64,000 nt of DNA. It comes from Octopus bimaculoides. Its lineage: Eukaryota. The notes below the pieces were generated by a model that ran no database searches, was not told where the DNA came from, and was given only the letters and a program-made list of their open reading frames with translations. Both the position numbers and the translations under genes were made by a program. Positions 11,901 through 24,486 of the stretch are shown piece by piece. The stretch is taken from assembly GCF_001194135.2 (NCBI RefSeq), contig NC_068984.1, positions 117,773,947 to 117,837,946 of the forward strand. The letters are read 5' to 3'. Numbering within the stretch: the first letter of the stretch is position 1; each line of letters opens with the position of its first letter.

Positions 11901-12669
11901 GAACAATCAGACAGGTGTATAATTAAACATTTGTTTTAGGTGACATTCAGGCCAAAAGTTTTAATGGAATAAATAAATAAATAAAGATGGAATAAATTCC
12001 TCCAAAGAATAAATAGATTTGAAGGATATTTCTATTGTTTGCTCAATTGTTAGAGTAGAAAGAAAAGAATAAATATTTTCAACTTTTGTCTGTAGTTTGA
12101 TATTTGATAACTCAGCGTTTGTCTTGTTAGACGGAGCAACAAGCAATAGACAAGCACACAAAAGAGAGAGGCGCGAGGGGAAGAATTAGGAGGTGGGGGT
12201 GGGTGGAGATTTTGTATAGAGAATGCAAGACAGCTTTAAATGTGGAGAGCAATACTGGAAGTGGAAGATCTTTTATTTTATTTTATTTTATTAATATTTT
12301 TTTTTGGCATTCTAAAGATCAAAAGCATTTTGATATAAATCAGATCTCTTAAAGCTTGCAGGTGTACTTTGTAATACTGCATGAATTCTACGAAATTAAT
12401 CAAAAAATTTCACAGTTTTACTTATTACTCTACTTTAATGCCAAGATTAATTGTGTCCGAAACTTATGATTAGAGTCATTTTTAAATCCCTTATTTGTTT
12501 TTTTTTTTTAAAAAAAAGGTTTGGATACTTTTTTATTTCTTGTTAAAATTTCAGATCATGAAACTAGTGAAGTATTTGCAGATGCTGTTGTTATTATTGT
12601 TGTTGTTGTTGTTGTTGAAAATCAGATTAGCACAGATAGTGATAAACCTATAATTCTTTCTACTATAGA

Positions 12670-12850
12670 TACAAGTCCTGAAATTTTGGGAGAAGGAGAA
12701 GAGTCAATTATATCGACCCTAGTGTTTGACTGGTATCTATTTTATTGACTCCAAAACAGTGAAAGGCAAAGTTGACCTTCGCAGCAAGAAGAAATGCCCC
12801 TGGGCATTTTGTTCAGTGTGCTAATGATTCTGCTAGTTTGCCATCTTTTA
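12670..12850 (-). mobile_element. Degraded SINE-F
   Basis: atcgaccctagtg...tgaaaggcaaagttgacc...tgctaatgattctgctagtttgcc. Confidence 0.6.
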
Positions 12851-12950
12851 GAGGTAAACCTATAATGAAAATCATTTTAATATGGACAAATCTTATTTTT
12901 CTTTTCTTTTTCTGAGGCTGCGAACATCCTTTTCCTACATGCCAAATTTT

Positions 12951-13016
<66 letters not shown>

Positions 13017-13019
<3 letters not shown>

Positions 13020-13214
13020 TCTTCCAGAATGAGGTTCATCTTCTAGGCTGTAGTCTCTAGCTCAGAATTTCTAGAACCACCATTCACACTGGCTTACACT
13101 TATTGTCTGATCCCCATATACTGCATTAATATTCCTCGCACTTTCCATTGCATTGTTGCCTTTATTGAACTCATAAAGCAGAATATGCCAAATATGCTCT
13201 TTTGTCACTTCCAT
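13017..13214 (-). mobile_element. Decayed mariner transposase N-terminal (HTH) fragment
   Basis: MEVTKEHIWHILLYEFNKGNNAMESARNINAVYGDQTISVSQCEWWF*KF*ARDYSLEDEPHSGRS matches the mariner first-HTH pattern (H.R...LYEF..G......I..VYG....W F.KF.....LED..RSGR); two stops. Confidence 0.88.
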
Positions 13215-13282
13215 TATAGCTTTCATTATGTCATTAATTTCCAGCTTCCATGAAAATATATCCAATCACCAAGGAGAAACAT

Positions 13283-13400
13283 TACCTTGCTTGGAAGCAA
13301 CAGTCAAGGATTAGGGACAGGAAGGGCATCCAACTGCAGAGAAATCCATGGGAAACATGCTAGCATGGTGAAGTGGACATTAAAACAACAGCAATGATGA
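13283..13400 (+). mobile_element. Degraded RTE-tail element (G-related)
   Basis: accttgcttggaa...gacaggaagggcatcc...catgctagcatgg...gtggacattaaa followed by (gat)n. Confidence 0.6.
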
Positions 13401-13566
13401 TGATGATGACGACGACGATGATGACAATGATGACGACAGACAGTGATGACGATGATGACAATGTTGATGGTGATGAAACATCATATAAAGAGGCTACCAT
13501 TTTTGTGATATTCTCCTCCTTTAGCTTCCCTGTCAATCTATGCCAGGCTTAAATCTGTGGCCTGTG

Positions 13567-13623
<57 letters not shown>

Positions 13624-14185
13624 ACACCACACACACACACACACTTCACTTTTACTCGTTGATGTCTTCATTAAACATCTGACTAACCTTATTGACTTTA
13701 AAGCAGATATAACGTTCTGTGGGTGATTCACACCATAAGAAATTCAGATGTTTGTATTTTTTTTTTGGTTCTATCTTTTTGTAGGGGCATATATTTATAG
13801 CAAGAAAATGTAAAGAATTTACTGAGATGAGCAAAATATATGTTGAAGTATCAGTGTTATTATATTAATGTGTTACGTGTAGTAACTGTGCTTGTTTGGC
13901 AGTAGAGCTAATTTTATTGTTAAGACTTATATAATGCATTTGAAGGGGTGTTCAACTTCAAGTTAATATCAGAAGAATGGAACAAGGGGCAACAATGACA
14001 TTACAGTGCTCTGGAAACATACTCCATTTGAACTTCAAACAAACTGCAAATGGTCAGGATAGATTAGAGACTGTCTGCAAAGAGCGAGGATTAAAATATG
14101 AATAGGCCACTACCACCACTAACTACTACCACCATTGCCACCACAGCCCCACCGTTTCCATCGTCGTCCTCCTCCTTCCCATCAT

Positions 14186-14345
14186 AATCATCATCTAACA
14201 TCCATTTTCCAACCCAGCATGAGTTGGGAAAGTTCACCAATATCTGACAGGTTGGAAGACTGTGTTAGACTCCATAATCTGCTTTGGCATGGTTTCTTCA
14301 GCTGGATGTACTTCCTAAAACCAACTACTTTGCTAAATGTGCTAG
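14186..14345 (-). mobile_element. Degraded RTE-tail element (G-related)
   Basis: catcatctaacatccattttcc...agcatgagttgg...tttcttcagctggatgtacttcctaa. Confidence 0.55.
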
Positions 14346-14372
14346 ATGCTTTATTTAAATTTTTTTTTTTTT

Positions 14373-14883
14373 GTGGCTGTGTGGTAAGTAGCTTGCTTAC
14401 CAACCACATGGTTCCGGGTTCAGTCCCACTGCATGGCACCTTAGGCAAGTGTCTTCTACTATAGCCTCAGGCCGACCAAAGCATTGTGAGTGGATTTGGT
14501 AGACGGAAACTGGAAGAAGCTCGTCGTATATATGTATATATATATACATATNNNNNNNNNNNNNNNNNNNNNNNNNNNNNNNNNNNNNNNNNNNNNNNNN
14601 NNNNNNNNNNNNNNNNNNNNNNNNNNNNNNNNNNNNNNNNNNNNNNNNNNNNTATATATATATATATATGTATGTGTGTTTGTTTTTCTGTATTTGTCCC
14701 CCCACCATTGCTTGACAACCGATGGTGGTGTGTTTATGTCCCCGTAACTTAGTGGTTCGGCAAAAAGAGACCGATAGAATAAGTACTAGGCTTACAAAGA
14801 ATAAGTCCTGGGGTCGATTTTATCGACTAAAGGCAGTGCTCCAGCATGGCTGCAGTCAAATGATTGAAACAAGTAAAAGAGTA
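14373..14883 (+). mobile_element. SINE-A, near full length, internal gap
   Basis: Matches 9131-9611 closely. Confidence 0.92.
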
Positions 14884-16504
14884 ATATGAGTACTAGTGTG
14901 ATTGCTTTGCAAATAAGATTAAGGGCCTAAAATGGCACCTATTACCAAAGGAGAATAGAAGGGAAAGATATATATTTATATATAGAGAGAGTGTACAATG
15001 ATTCTAGGTGGGACAATGACAGAGAGTAAAGATTGATGAGAAGAACAGCTTTTCCCAGCATTCAGTTCTCACCTCAGCACTTTCTTTATTGCGCAACTGC
15101 AATGCTCGGTTCTTCAATTACTCCTTGATCAACTTCAAACTTAGTCTTGAAATTAGCAACCTCTTGACCAAGATCAACACTCAAACTTCGAATCAATTCC
15201 TCTTTGATCTACTTCAATACTTAATCCTCACACCAACAACATATTGATCTACTTCTTCAGCCCCAATCCCCCTGGGTCTCAGATTGGTAATACCTTGACC
15301 TTCTTATAGACCTGATCTTCAAGTCAGGTTAACAATCCTCAGGCTGACACTGAACTAGCAACTACCATATCTAACTAACCAACCAACCTCGCAGCAACTC
15401 AGCATCTCTAGTTCTTGTCATCATCTTTTCTCATCACATGCCAGTGGTAACCTAAATATTTTAAGATGCATAATTGCTAAAAAGAAAAAGAATATATATA
15501 ACAAAATAACATGCATAAAAAAAAAAAAAAAAGAGCATAACACAAAAAAATATGTAATTAGCAGGCTTTACTGAAATTCTTGGTTTGGAAACAACCAATA
15601 ACAGAACTCAGAGTTTTCAGTTTAGTAGATGTTGCTGGGTTGATGGGGGTGGTTACAAAAATAGTATTACTGACAAACAGCACCTGAGTAGTCAGTCAGC
15701 TAGTGAAGAGTAAGAAGTGAAGTCTGAGAATGGTATNNNNNNNNNNNNNNNNNNNNNNNNNNNNNNNNNNNNNNNNNNNNNNNNNNNNNNNNNNNNNNNN
15801 NNNNNNNNNNNNNNNNNNNNNNNNNNNNNNNNNNNNNNNNNNNNNNNNNNNNNNNNNNNNNNNNNNNNNNNNNNNNNNNNNNNNNNNNNNNNNNNNNNNN
15901 NNNNNNNNNNNNNNNNNNNNNNNNNNNNNNNNNNNNNNNNNNNNNNNNNNNNNNNNNNNNNNNNNNNNNNNNNNNNNNNNNNNNNNNNNNNNNNNNNNNN
16001 NNNNNNNNNNNNNNNNNNNNNNNNNNNNNNNNNNNNNNNNNNNNNNNNNNNNNNNNNNNNNNNNNNNNNNNNNNNNNNNNNNNNNNNNNNNNNNNNNNNN
16101 NNNNNNNNNNNNNNNNNNNNNNNNNNNNNNNNNNNNNNNNNNNNNNNNNNNNNNNNNNNNNNNNNNNNNNNNNNNNNNNNNNNNNNNNNNNNNNNNNNNN
16201 NNNNNNNNNNNNNNNNNNNNNNNNNNNNNNNNNNNNNNNNNNNNNNNNNNNNNNNNNNNNNNNNNNNNNNNNNNNNNNNNNNNNNNNNNNNNNNNNNNNN
16301 NNNNNNNNNNNNNNNNNNNNNNNNNNNNNNNNNNNNNNNNNNNNNNNNNNNNNNNTATATATATATATATATATTCATATATATAGATATATACATACAT
16401 ATAAGTAAGAGCTGTCTCGGTTCTTGATTCTTGTGTCCTGTGACTCATAGGGTCATGTTCTCAGTTTGCTTGGTATATAAGTAACTGAGATCATAATTTG
16501 ATTT

Positions 16505-16635
16505 AAAGAAGGACTGGAGAAACATGAAATTAAGTGTTTTGCTTGAAAACACAATGCCCCACCCTGTCTGGGAATTGAAACCTTGATCTAGCAATCATGT
16601 GTGTAACAGCGTAACCACTAGGCCACAATCCTTCA
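16505..16635 (-). mobile_element. Degraded tRNA-headed SINE 5' part
   Basis: gaaattaagtgttttgcttgaaaacacaatgc...gggaattgaaacc...taaccactaggccac. Confidence 0.5.
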
Positions 16636-16720
16636 CACATATAATATACATACATGTGTGTGTGTGTGTGTATTTGTATATTTGGCAGCAGAAGGATTAT
16701 ATAAATATTTATACAATACA

Positions 16721-17160
16721 AAAGCGGTGAGCTGGCAGAAACATTAGCACACCAAGCAAAATGCTTGACGGTATTTCATCCATGTGAACGTTCTGGGTTC
16801 AAATTCTGCCAAGGTCAACTTAGCCTTTCATCCTTTCGGGGTCGATAAATTAAGAATAAATTATGCACTGGGGTGGATGTAATCGACTTAATCCCTTTGT
16901 CTGTCCTTGTTTGTCCCCTCTATGTTTAGCTCCTTGTGGACAATAAAGAAATAAGAAACGTTAGCACGCCGGGCGAAATGCTTAGCGCTATTTTGTCTGT
17001 CTTTACATTCTGAGTTCAAATTCCCCCATGGTTGACTTTGCCTTTCATCCTTTCAGGATTAATAAATTAAGTACCAGTTGTATACTGAGGTTGATCTAAT
17101 TGACTGGCCTCTTCCCCAAAAATTTCGAGCCTTGTGCATAGAATAGAAAAGAATATTTAT
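16721..17160 (+). mobile_element. Tandem SINE-F dimer with two different tails
   Basis: Unit 1 (16721-16959) ends aataaagaaataagaaac, which runs directly into unit 2 (gaaacgttagcacgccgggcgaaatg...) ending in a different tail. Confidence 0.85.
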
Positions 17161-17349
17161 ACAATACAGTATTATACATCCCTTTCAGGTGATTTTACAA
17201 AACAATTTTGTACATGTGAGTTTTGGAGAAATTTCCAACCAGTCTTTCCAATAAATACCAAGATTGGGTTTTCCCCAGACACCTTTTGGGAAAATTGGAT
17301 AAAAAGTATCTGTAATACTTTGTTGTATAAATATATGTATACCTATAGG

Positions 17350-17386
<37 letters not shown>

Positions 17387-17523
17387 TTATGTATAATTAT
17401 ATTATGGTTACTTGATTAAAAATATCAAAATCTAAACTTAACTTCAGCAGAGATTCCTGCATTTTGAGATGTACATATGTATGTATGAATGTATGTATGT
17501 ATGTATGTATGTGTATAAAGGCC

Positions 17524-17848
17524 TGTGCTATGCAGGACACTGACTGGGAGAACAATGCCTGTCATTGCCACAGATGGAGATAGCAGGTTAAGGAGGGGAT
17601 CGACACTTTTGAGAGAGCACGTATCCAGCATGAAGAACTTAAGTGAGCTGCACGAAAGCGCACGGCTTGTATAGTGAATGGAGAAAGCTTGGTCTGCAAT
17701 GTTTGCAGTCGTGTATGCTTGTCAAGAGCAGGGCTCATTAGCCACCAATGGAGCCGCAAATGCAAAATATAAGTTAGTCCTAGAGCGCACAATGTTCCTG
17801 AAGGTCGGCAATGGTCTTCCTCGGTCACGAGTGGACGGCCATCATCAT
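17524..17848 (+). mobile_element. RTE-clade (BovB-like) LINE 3' end: ORF2 C-terminus and 3' UTR
   Basis: Frame 17524-17772: TDWENNACHCHRWR*QVKEGIDTFERARIQHEELK*AARKRTACIVNGESLVCNVCSRVCLSRAGLISHQWSRKCKI*. The WE..A...WR, FE..R, C..C.R.C.SRAGL.SH pattern is typical of RTE-BovB ends; two stops; ends ggacggccatcatcatca. Confidence 0.8.
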
Positions 17849-18124
17849 CAAGTCTGTATGTCATTATTCAGTTTTATTTCAAGATTTCTTGCCAATAGAG
17901 AAAGAGCCAGTTTCTAAACTAGATCTGAGGTTCCTTCATTGGAATTCCAACATCTGCACAGTATTTTTGTGTGCATGTGTATGTGCAGTATTTGGAGTCA
18001 GTGCATGTGCCGATATGTATGTTTTGTCAAGATATGCTTGTCAAGGCATGCTCATATATACTTAAATGATAAACTTGTGGAAAGCTTTACAGATATTTAC
18101 AGTTCCAGTGATGGCTTGGATTTG

Positions 18125-18222
18125 TAGTCTTCAAATTAGCTTTCTCCTTTCTGGTTGCATATCCCAGTGTCCCAATAATTACAGGTATAAACCTGAACTT
18201 GTAATCTGGATAGAGTAACTGT
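18125..18222 (-). mobile_element. Short C-terminal relic of a restriction-like-endonuclease non-LTR retrotransposon
   Basis: QLLYPDYKFRFIPVIIGTLGYATRK resembles the 'P(I/V)(I/V)IG(A/T)LG' terminal motif of REL-bearing LINEs. Confidence 0.6.
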
Positions 18223-18351
18223 ATGTGTGTGTGTATGTATGTATGTATGTATGTATGTATGTATGTATGTATGTATGTATGTATGCAAGCATACATATGT
18301 ACATACATATGTATGTATCTCTTTTTCTCTTGCTCTCTCTCTCTCTCTCTC

Positions 18352-18386
<35 letters not shown>

Positions 18387-18449
18387 TTAAACCCAGGTGT
18401 GAGCATGAACTGTTGGCTCCCCTGTGTGTATATATATGTATGAGTGTGT

Positions 18450-18496
<47 letters not shown>

Positions 18497-18588
18497 TGTG
18501 TCCATAAATGCATGCATGCATGAGTGAGAGCATGTGCAAATCTCATCTGTCGCTCTGACTCACACGCACTCACACACACACACACACA

Positions 18589-18638
<50 letters not shown>

Positions 18639-19354
18639 ACATCACAAGCACCTATCAGCCAATCTCTTTACCTCACTACAGATTTCTCATATTTCTTGGA
18701 ACATGAAACACTAAACAAATAAATGAAATACAGAAAAAATAACAATAATANNNNNNNNNNNNNNNNNNNNNNNNNNNNNNNNNNNNNNNNNNNNNNNNNN
18801 NNNNNNNNNNNNNNNNNNNNNNNNNNNNNNNNNNNNNNNNNNNNNNNNNNNNNNNNNNNNNNNNNNNNNNNNNNNNNNNNNNNNNNNNNNNNNNNNNNNN
18901 NNNNNNNNNNNNNNNNNNNNNNNNNNNNNNNNNNNNNNNNNNNNNNNNNNNNNNNNNNNNNNNNNNNNNNNNNNNNNNNNNNNNNNNNNNNNNNNNNNNN
19001 NNNNNNNNNNNNNNNNNNNNNNNNNNNNNNNNNNNNNNNNNNNNNNNNNNNNNNNNNNNNNNNNNNNNNNNNNNNNNNNNNNNNNNNNNNNNNNNNNNNN
19101 NNNNNNNNNNNNNNNNNNNNNNNNNNNNNNNNNNNNNNNNNNNNNNNNNNNNNNNNNNNNNNNNNNNNNNNNNNNNNNNNNNNNNNNNNNNNNNNNNNNN
19201 NNNNNNNNNNNNNNNNNNNNNNNNNNNNNNNNNNNNNNNNNNNNNNNNNNNNNNNNNNNNNNNNNNNNNNNNNNNNNNNNNNNNNNNNNNNNNNNNNNNN
19301 NNNNNNNNNNNNNNNNNNNNNNNNNNNNNNNNNNNNNNNNNNNNNNNNNNNNNN

Positions 19355-19396
<42 letters not shown>

Positions 19397-19575
19397 CATA
19401 ACTTATATTCTTTCTTATTCTTTCTCTCTTTTCATATTCTTTTATTCTATATATATGTGTGTGTGTGTGTGTGTCTGTCTGTCTGTCTGTCTGTGTTTGT
19501 GTGTGCGTGTATATATATATATATCAATGTGACTCTTTCTATTCTATGTAGTTGTGTCTTACTCTCACTTTTGTT

Positions 19576-19648
<73 letters not shown>

Positions 19649-20151
19649 ATCATATTTTTGTCTTTTATTCTAATAACGCAGCAAACAACCAAGATCTACC
19701 TTTACTTCCCTTCCACTCTAGCTTTTTCTTTTCTTTTTTTTTGCTATCACCCCTACTTGAAACACCAAGTTCATTTTTCTCTTCCTTTCTAACTCCTGTT
19801 GTCTTTTTACTTTATTCCCTCTATTTCATCATCTTCTATTCTCATCCAGTGCTTTCATCAATACACTTTCTTATTTTCCCTGTCCTTGTCCCCTTCTCTA
19901 ACTTCCTTTTCTTTTTCCTTCTCTTTCACCTTTTTCCCACTTACTTTCACTTTCCACTTCATCTTACTCCTCTGCTTCCCTTCCTCTCCCTTTTCCCTAC
20001 TTATACTTACTGACTCCCCTCGCTCTCCCAGTCCAGTATCACCAACTTCAGCACCTAGTAATTTTTTCTTCTGGGATCCTTCATTACAGCATGCTAACTC
20101 CTTTTCATTATTCCAATTGCATCACACACAAACCTCTATATATATACACAC

Positions 20152-20250
20152 AGGCACAGGCATGGCTGTTCTATTAAAAAGTTTGCCACTGTGTGGCACC
20201 TTGGACAAGTGTCTTCTACTACAGCCCCAGGCCAGCCAAATCCTTATGAG
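20152..20250 (+). mobile_element. Degraded SINE-A head fragment
   Basis: ccactgtgtggcaccttggacaagtgtcttctactacagcc. Confidence 0.6.
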
Positions 20251-20490
20251 CAGATAAATGAGTGTGTGTCAGCATTTGTGCTTTCCAAAAATCATGAGCT
20301 ACATGTAGTGATGTTGGTGTCTTCTGCTGGCTTTGTACCTTCAAAGACGTAAAATAGGAGATCCCTTTCATGAAACACAAGTAAGGGTTATTGACAGGAA
20401 GAGTATTCGACTGTAAAACAATGCCTCAATAATGCATTCATTTAACCCATGCCATCATGGAAAACAGGTGTAAAAACTAGTGAACAAATA

Positions 20491-20914
20491 TGTGGTTGTG
20501 TGGTAAGAAGCTTGCTTCCCAACCACATAGTTCCAGGTTCAGTCCTACGGCATGGTACATTGGGCAAATGTCTTCAACTATAGCCTCAAGCTGACCAAAG
20601 CCTTGTGAGTGGATGTAGTAGTCAGAAACTGAAAGAAGCCTGACGTATCTCTCTCTCTCTCTCTCTCTATGTGTGTGTGTGTGTGTATATCTTTGCGTGT
20701 GTCCCTTTGTGTCTGTGCTTGTCTCCCAATCACTGCTCTTCACAACTGGTGTTGGTGTGTTTATGTCCCTGACACTTAGCAGTTCAGCAAAAAGGAACTG
20801 ATATAATAACTACTAGACTTAAAATATAAGTCCTGGGGTCGATTCGTTGGACTAAAATACTTCAAGGTGGTGCTCCAGCATGGCCACAGTCAAATGACTG
20901 AAACAAGTAAAAGA
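20491..20914 (+). mobile_element. SINE-A, older copy
   Basis: Complete head-to-tail similarity; internal (TC)n(TG)n. Confidence 0.88.
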
Positions 20915-21021
20915 TTATATACATATATATATTCAAATTTAGGGAATGGAGAAGATAAAATCCAGGCTACATATGCTTCCTAGCTAACAGAACCTCAGAA
21001 GTAGTAATTTTATTCCCTGTC

Positions 21022-21068
21022 CAACCCAGGCTAGCATGGAAAGCGGACGTTAAACGATGATGATGATG
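21022..21068 (+). mobile_element. Element G 3' stub
   Basis: tccaacccaggctagcatggaaagcggacgttaaacgatgatgatg. Confidence 0.75.
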
Positions 21069-22039
21069 ACACAGCAACTCCAGTTGCTAATGGTGAACTA
21101 TAAAATGAATTTTTCCATCTTATCAAACCTTGATATTAGTAAAACTTACAACTTTCTAAGTCAATAAACCATTATTGTTTCTAAAAGTTGTTTTTTTTAT
21201 ACCTTCTATGAATTGCTAAAAGCTTACTAACTTCCTACACCTTGATTGTTCATTCCTATCTTTAACATACATTATATATAATATTAAATATGAATAGATG
21301 TACAACAAAATACTTTGATACTTCATTTTATATATTATTAAAAAAATATAACAAAAGTGCATGTAATTGAATATGGGTAACATGCATGATTGTATTCACA
21401 AGGGATGGCTTTAATCTAGCCATATTCAATAATCTTTACTATCACCTTTCCTTATGGCTAGCCATCATTCCCTCTCCATCAGGTCATTCATTATTGACAC
21501 CCATTATCTCTCTCTTACCATCATTCATTTTTACTCCTCTCCATAATTTTCTCTCCCTCTCAATCTATCAATGTCTCTTTCTCACATTATTTCATCCCCT
21601 ACCATCTATTGTTGAAGTATTTCATTCTCCCCCCCCCCACCACCACCACCACATTTATCAACTGCCATTAATTGTTTTTTGTTTTGTTTTGTTCCTTCAT
21701 GCTTTCTCTGTTCCTATCATGCTCTTCATGCTGTGCTTATCCTTACTAGCAAACAACATGTAGTTGCCATCACTGTCTTTCTTATATTACTCCCTCCTAT
21801 CATGCACTTTCTCCCACCATTCTGTCTCTTCTTTCACTCTCTGTTTTTTTGTTTTTTTTTATGATATTTTTTTTGCCATCGTTCTCTTTTCTATTCAGCC
21901 CCTTGAGGAAATGGAGGATTTTGGGGTCATTTAGGAGATATGACAATCTATTTAGTGCTGGTGTCATGATAAAATGCTCTCAGTATACTTTTTAAAGTGG
22001 CTGAAACTAGGAAGAGTATTTAACCATAGAAACCATGCT

Positions 22040-22187
22040 GTATCAGCATCGGTGGCATAGAGAGGGGAGGCTGGTAGGCATGGTGACTGCTGGTCTTCTA
22101 TAAACAACCTTGCCCAGACTTATGCTTCAGAGGGTAACTTTTTAGGTGCAATCCCATGGTCATACATGACTGAAGGAGGTCTTCAAT
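22040..22187 (+). mobile_element. SINE-D 3' half
   Basis: catcggtggcatagagaggggaggctggt...gggtaactttttaggtgcaatcccatggtc...gactgaagg, as at 44095-44225. Confidence 0.7.
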
Positions 22188-22384
22188 ACCAATCCTCCAA
22201 AAGAGGACAGCCATATAGGGCAAATCAAATAAACTTACGAATTTCCTGATTGTTTTTCAAACCACAACCAGAGGAAGTGCTTTCTTCCAAGCTTTGGATA
22301 ACAGTAGTAGTAATAGTATGGGGGCATGCACTGTAACAGGGCATCACTGCATCCACTATTTGTTGGTGATTCCAGTGCTGTCTG

Positions 22385-22570
22385 AGGGAAAGGCAAAGGC
22401 CGATACAGCTTGGCACCAGTGACATCACAACTCATTTCCATAGCTGAGTGAACTGGAGCAGCATGAAATAAAGTGTCTTGCCTAAGAACACAACGCACAG
22501 CCTAGTATGAGAATTGAAGTCACAACCTCATGATTGTAAGCCCAATACATTAACCACTAAGCTATGCACC
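22385..22570 (-). mobile_element. SINE-D 5' half
   Basis: Reverse complement of the 43915-44090 head; same pattern as 53715-53897. Confidence 0.7.
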
Positions 22571-22880
22571 TTAGTGGTTAGGGTATTTGGATCATGATCA
22601 TAAGGTCATGAGTTCGATTTCCAGCAGTGCATTATGTCCTTGAGCAAGACACTTTATTTCACGTTGCTCCAGTCCACTCAGCTGGCAAAAAATGAGTCGT
22701 GTCTGTATTTCGAAGGTTCAGGCTTGTCACACCCTGAGTCGCGCTGAATCTCTCCAAGAACTACATTAAGAGTATGCAGGTCTGTGGAGTGCTCAGCCAC
22801 TTGCACTTTTATTTCATGAGCAACCTGTTCCATAGATCGGATCAACTGGAAACCTCATTGTCATGACCAATGGAGCACCA
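22571..22880 (+). mobile_element. SINE with D-like head and B-like tail
   Basis: Head agtggttagggtatt...gagttcgatttcc; body gagcaagacactttatttcacgttgctccagtcc; tail ctgtggagtgctcagccacttgcac...gatcggatcaactggaa shared with SINE-B. Confidence 0.75.
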
Positions 22881-22933
22881 GAAGTAGTAGTAGCAATAGT
22901 AGCAGTAGTAGTAGTAGTAGCAGTAGTAGTAGC

Positions 22934-22970
<37 letters not shown>

Positions 22971-23575
22971 CAGCTGTTTTGAACAGATTTTTTTAATTAA
23001 TGAATAATTCAGTTACCACATGAAAAAACCATTTCCTTCAGGTGAAATTTAAGATTTAGTTAGTCAAAAAATACTAAGTCATGGAATGTGGAATGACACT
23101 GTCATATGTATATGTATNNNNNNNNNNNNNNNNNNNNNNNNNNNNNNNNNNNNNNNNNNNNNNNNNNNNNNNNNNNNNNNNNNNNNNNNNNNNNNNNNNN
23201 NNNNNNNNNNNNNNNNNNNNNNNNNNNNNNNNNNNNNNNNNNNNNNNNNNNNNNNNNNNNNNNNNNNNNNNNNNNNNNNNNNNNNNNNNNNNNNNNNNNN
23301 NNNNNNNNNNNNNNNNNNNNNNNNNNNNNNNNNNNNNNNNNNNNNNNNNNNNNTATATGAGTATATGCATATATATGTACATGTATGTACATACCTTCAT
23401 CTACATGTACATATAGATACATATCTGGGTACATGACGTTGCAAAAAAACATAGACAAGATGATAAACAATGTACAAAAAACAAGCAGGCCACATAGAGA
23501 ACATATCCTTCATCAGCTGCCACCATTAAAACACTGGCGGCGAAGAGTTAGGGCATATATATACATATCAATATG

Positions 23576-23615
<40 letters not shown>

Positions 23616-23619
23616 TACA

Positions 23620-24062
23620 CACAACCTTTCTTTCTTGGTTTGACTACCATCCATGCAACATCTGTATTCCTTCCCATGCCTATCATCTCTTATGTCCCTG
23701 CCATAAGGCTTCAATTCCACACATGCCAGCTTAATTTAAATTGTCTTTAGTCGAAAGACACCTGTTGTTAATGTCCTGTTGTTTGCATTTCTATTTCTGT
23801 ACCATTTCTCTGTTTTGTATACCATTCGCCGCCCTCCTCCAAGGAATCTAGTGGTCTTAGCTTAGATTTTCCTTGGGGCTGGTCAGATTGGGACAGTCTC
23901 GAGTATAACCAGCTGAAACTGCAAAGATAATCTGGAACTCAACTGATGAAAGAAAACTTCATATGACCCATGCTTGGTTTTCTTGTCCCTTTTTGTATCA
24001 CCTAACTGTCTGGATGTGTTGCTGTCGCCTGTTGCATTCTTGTCCCATTTTTTTGTATTCTT
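23620..24062 (+). mobile_element. Unclassified interspersed repeat, possibly Penelope-like; copy 2
   Basis: Reverse-complement similarity to 1400-1850. Confidence 0.6.
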
Positions 24063-24067
24063 ATATA

Positions 24068-24278
24068 TCTCTTTTACTCTTTTACTTGTTTCAGTCATTC
24101 GACTGCAGCCATGCTGGAGCACCACCTTTAGTCGAGCAAATCGACCCCGGGACTTATTCTTTGTAAGCCTAGTACTTATTCTATTGGCCTCTTTTGCCGA
24201 ACCGCTAAGTGACGGGGACATAAACACACCAGCATCGGTTGTCAAGCAATGCTAGGGGGGACAAACACAGACACACAA

Positions 24279-24313
<35 letters not shown>

Positions 24314-24486
24314 CATATATACGACGGGCTTCTTTCAGTTTCCGTCTACCAAATCCACTCACAAGGCTTTGGTCGGCCCGAGGCTATAGTAGAAGACACT
24401 TGCCCAAGGTGCCATGCAGTGGGACTGAACCCGGAACCATGTGGTTGGTAAGCAAGCTACTTACCACACAGCCACTCCTGCGCCTA
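24068..24486 (-). mobile_element. SINE-A, full length, young
   Basis: Near-identical to 59695-60112 and to the reverse complement of 9131-9611. Confidence 0.93.

Noticed and set aside
12545-12748. Acceptor-like tttcag followed by ORF 12521-12748
   Set aside because: Runs into a (GTT)n tract and a decayed SINE; no donor or recognisable peptide.
15040-15450. Moderate-complexity stretch with short protein-like frames (minus strand IKEELIRSLSVDLGQEVANFKTKFEVDQGVIEE)
   Set aside because: No recognisable motif, stops nearby, no splice signals; possibly an old TE ORF but unsupported.
23470-23525. Minus-strand gcag-CTGATGA-agga(tatg)ttct...ctgc hammerhead-like half
   Set aside because: Stems I and II are plausible but the GAAA/NUH strand is absent.
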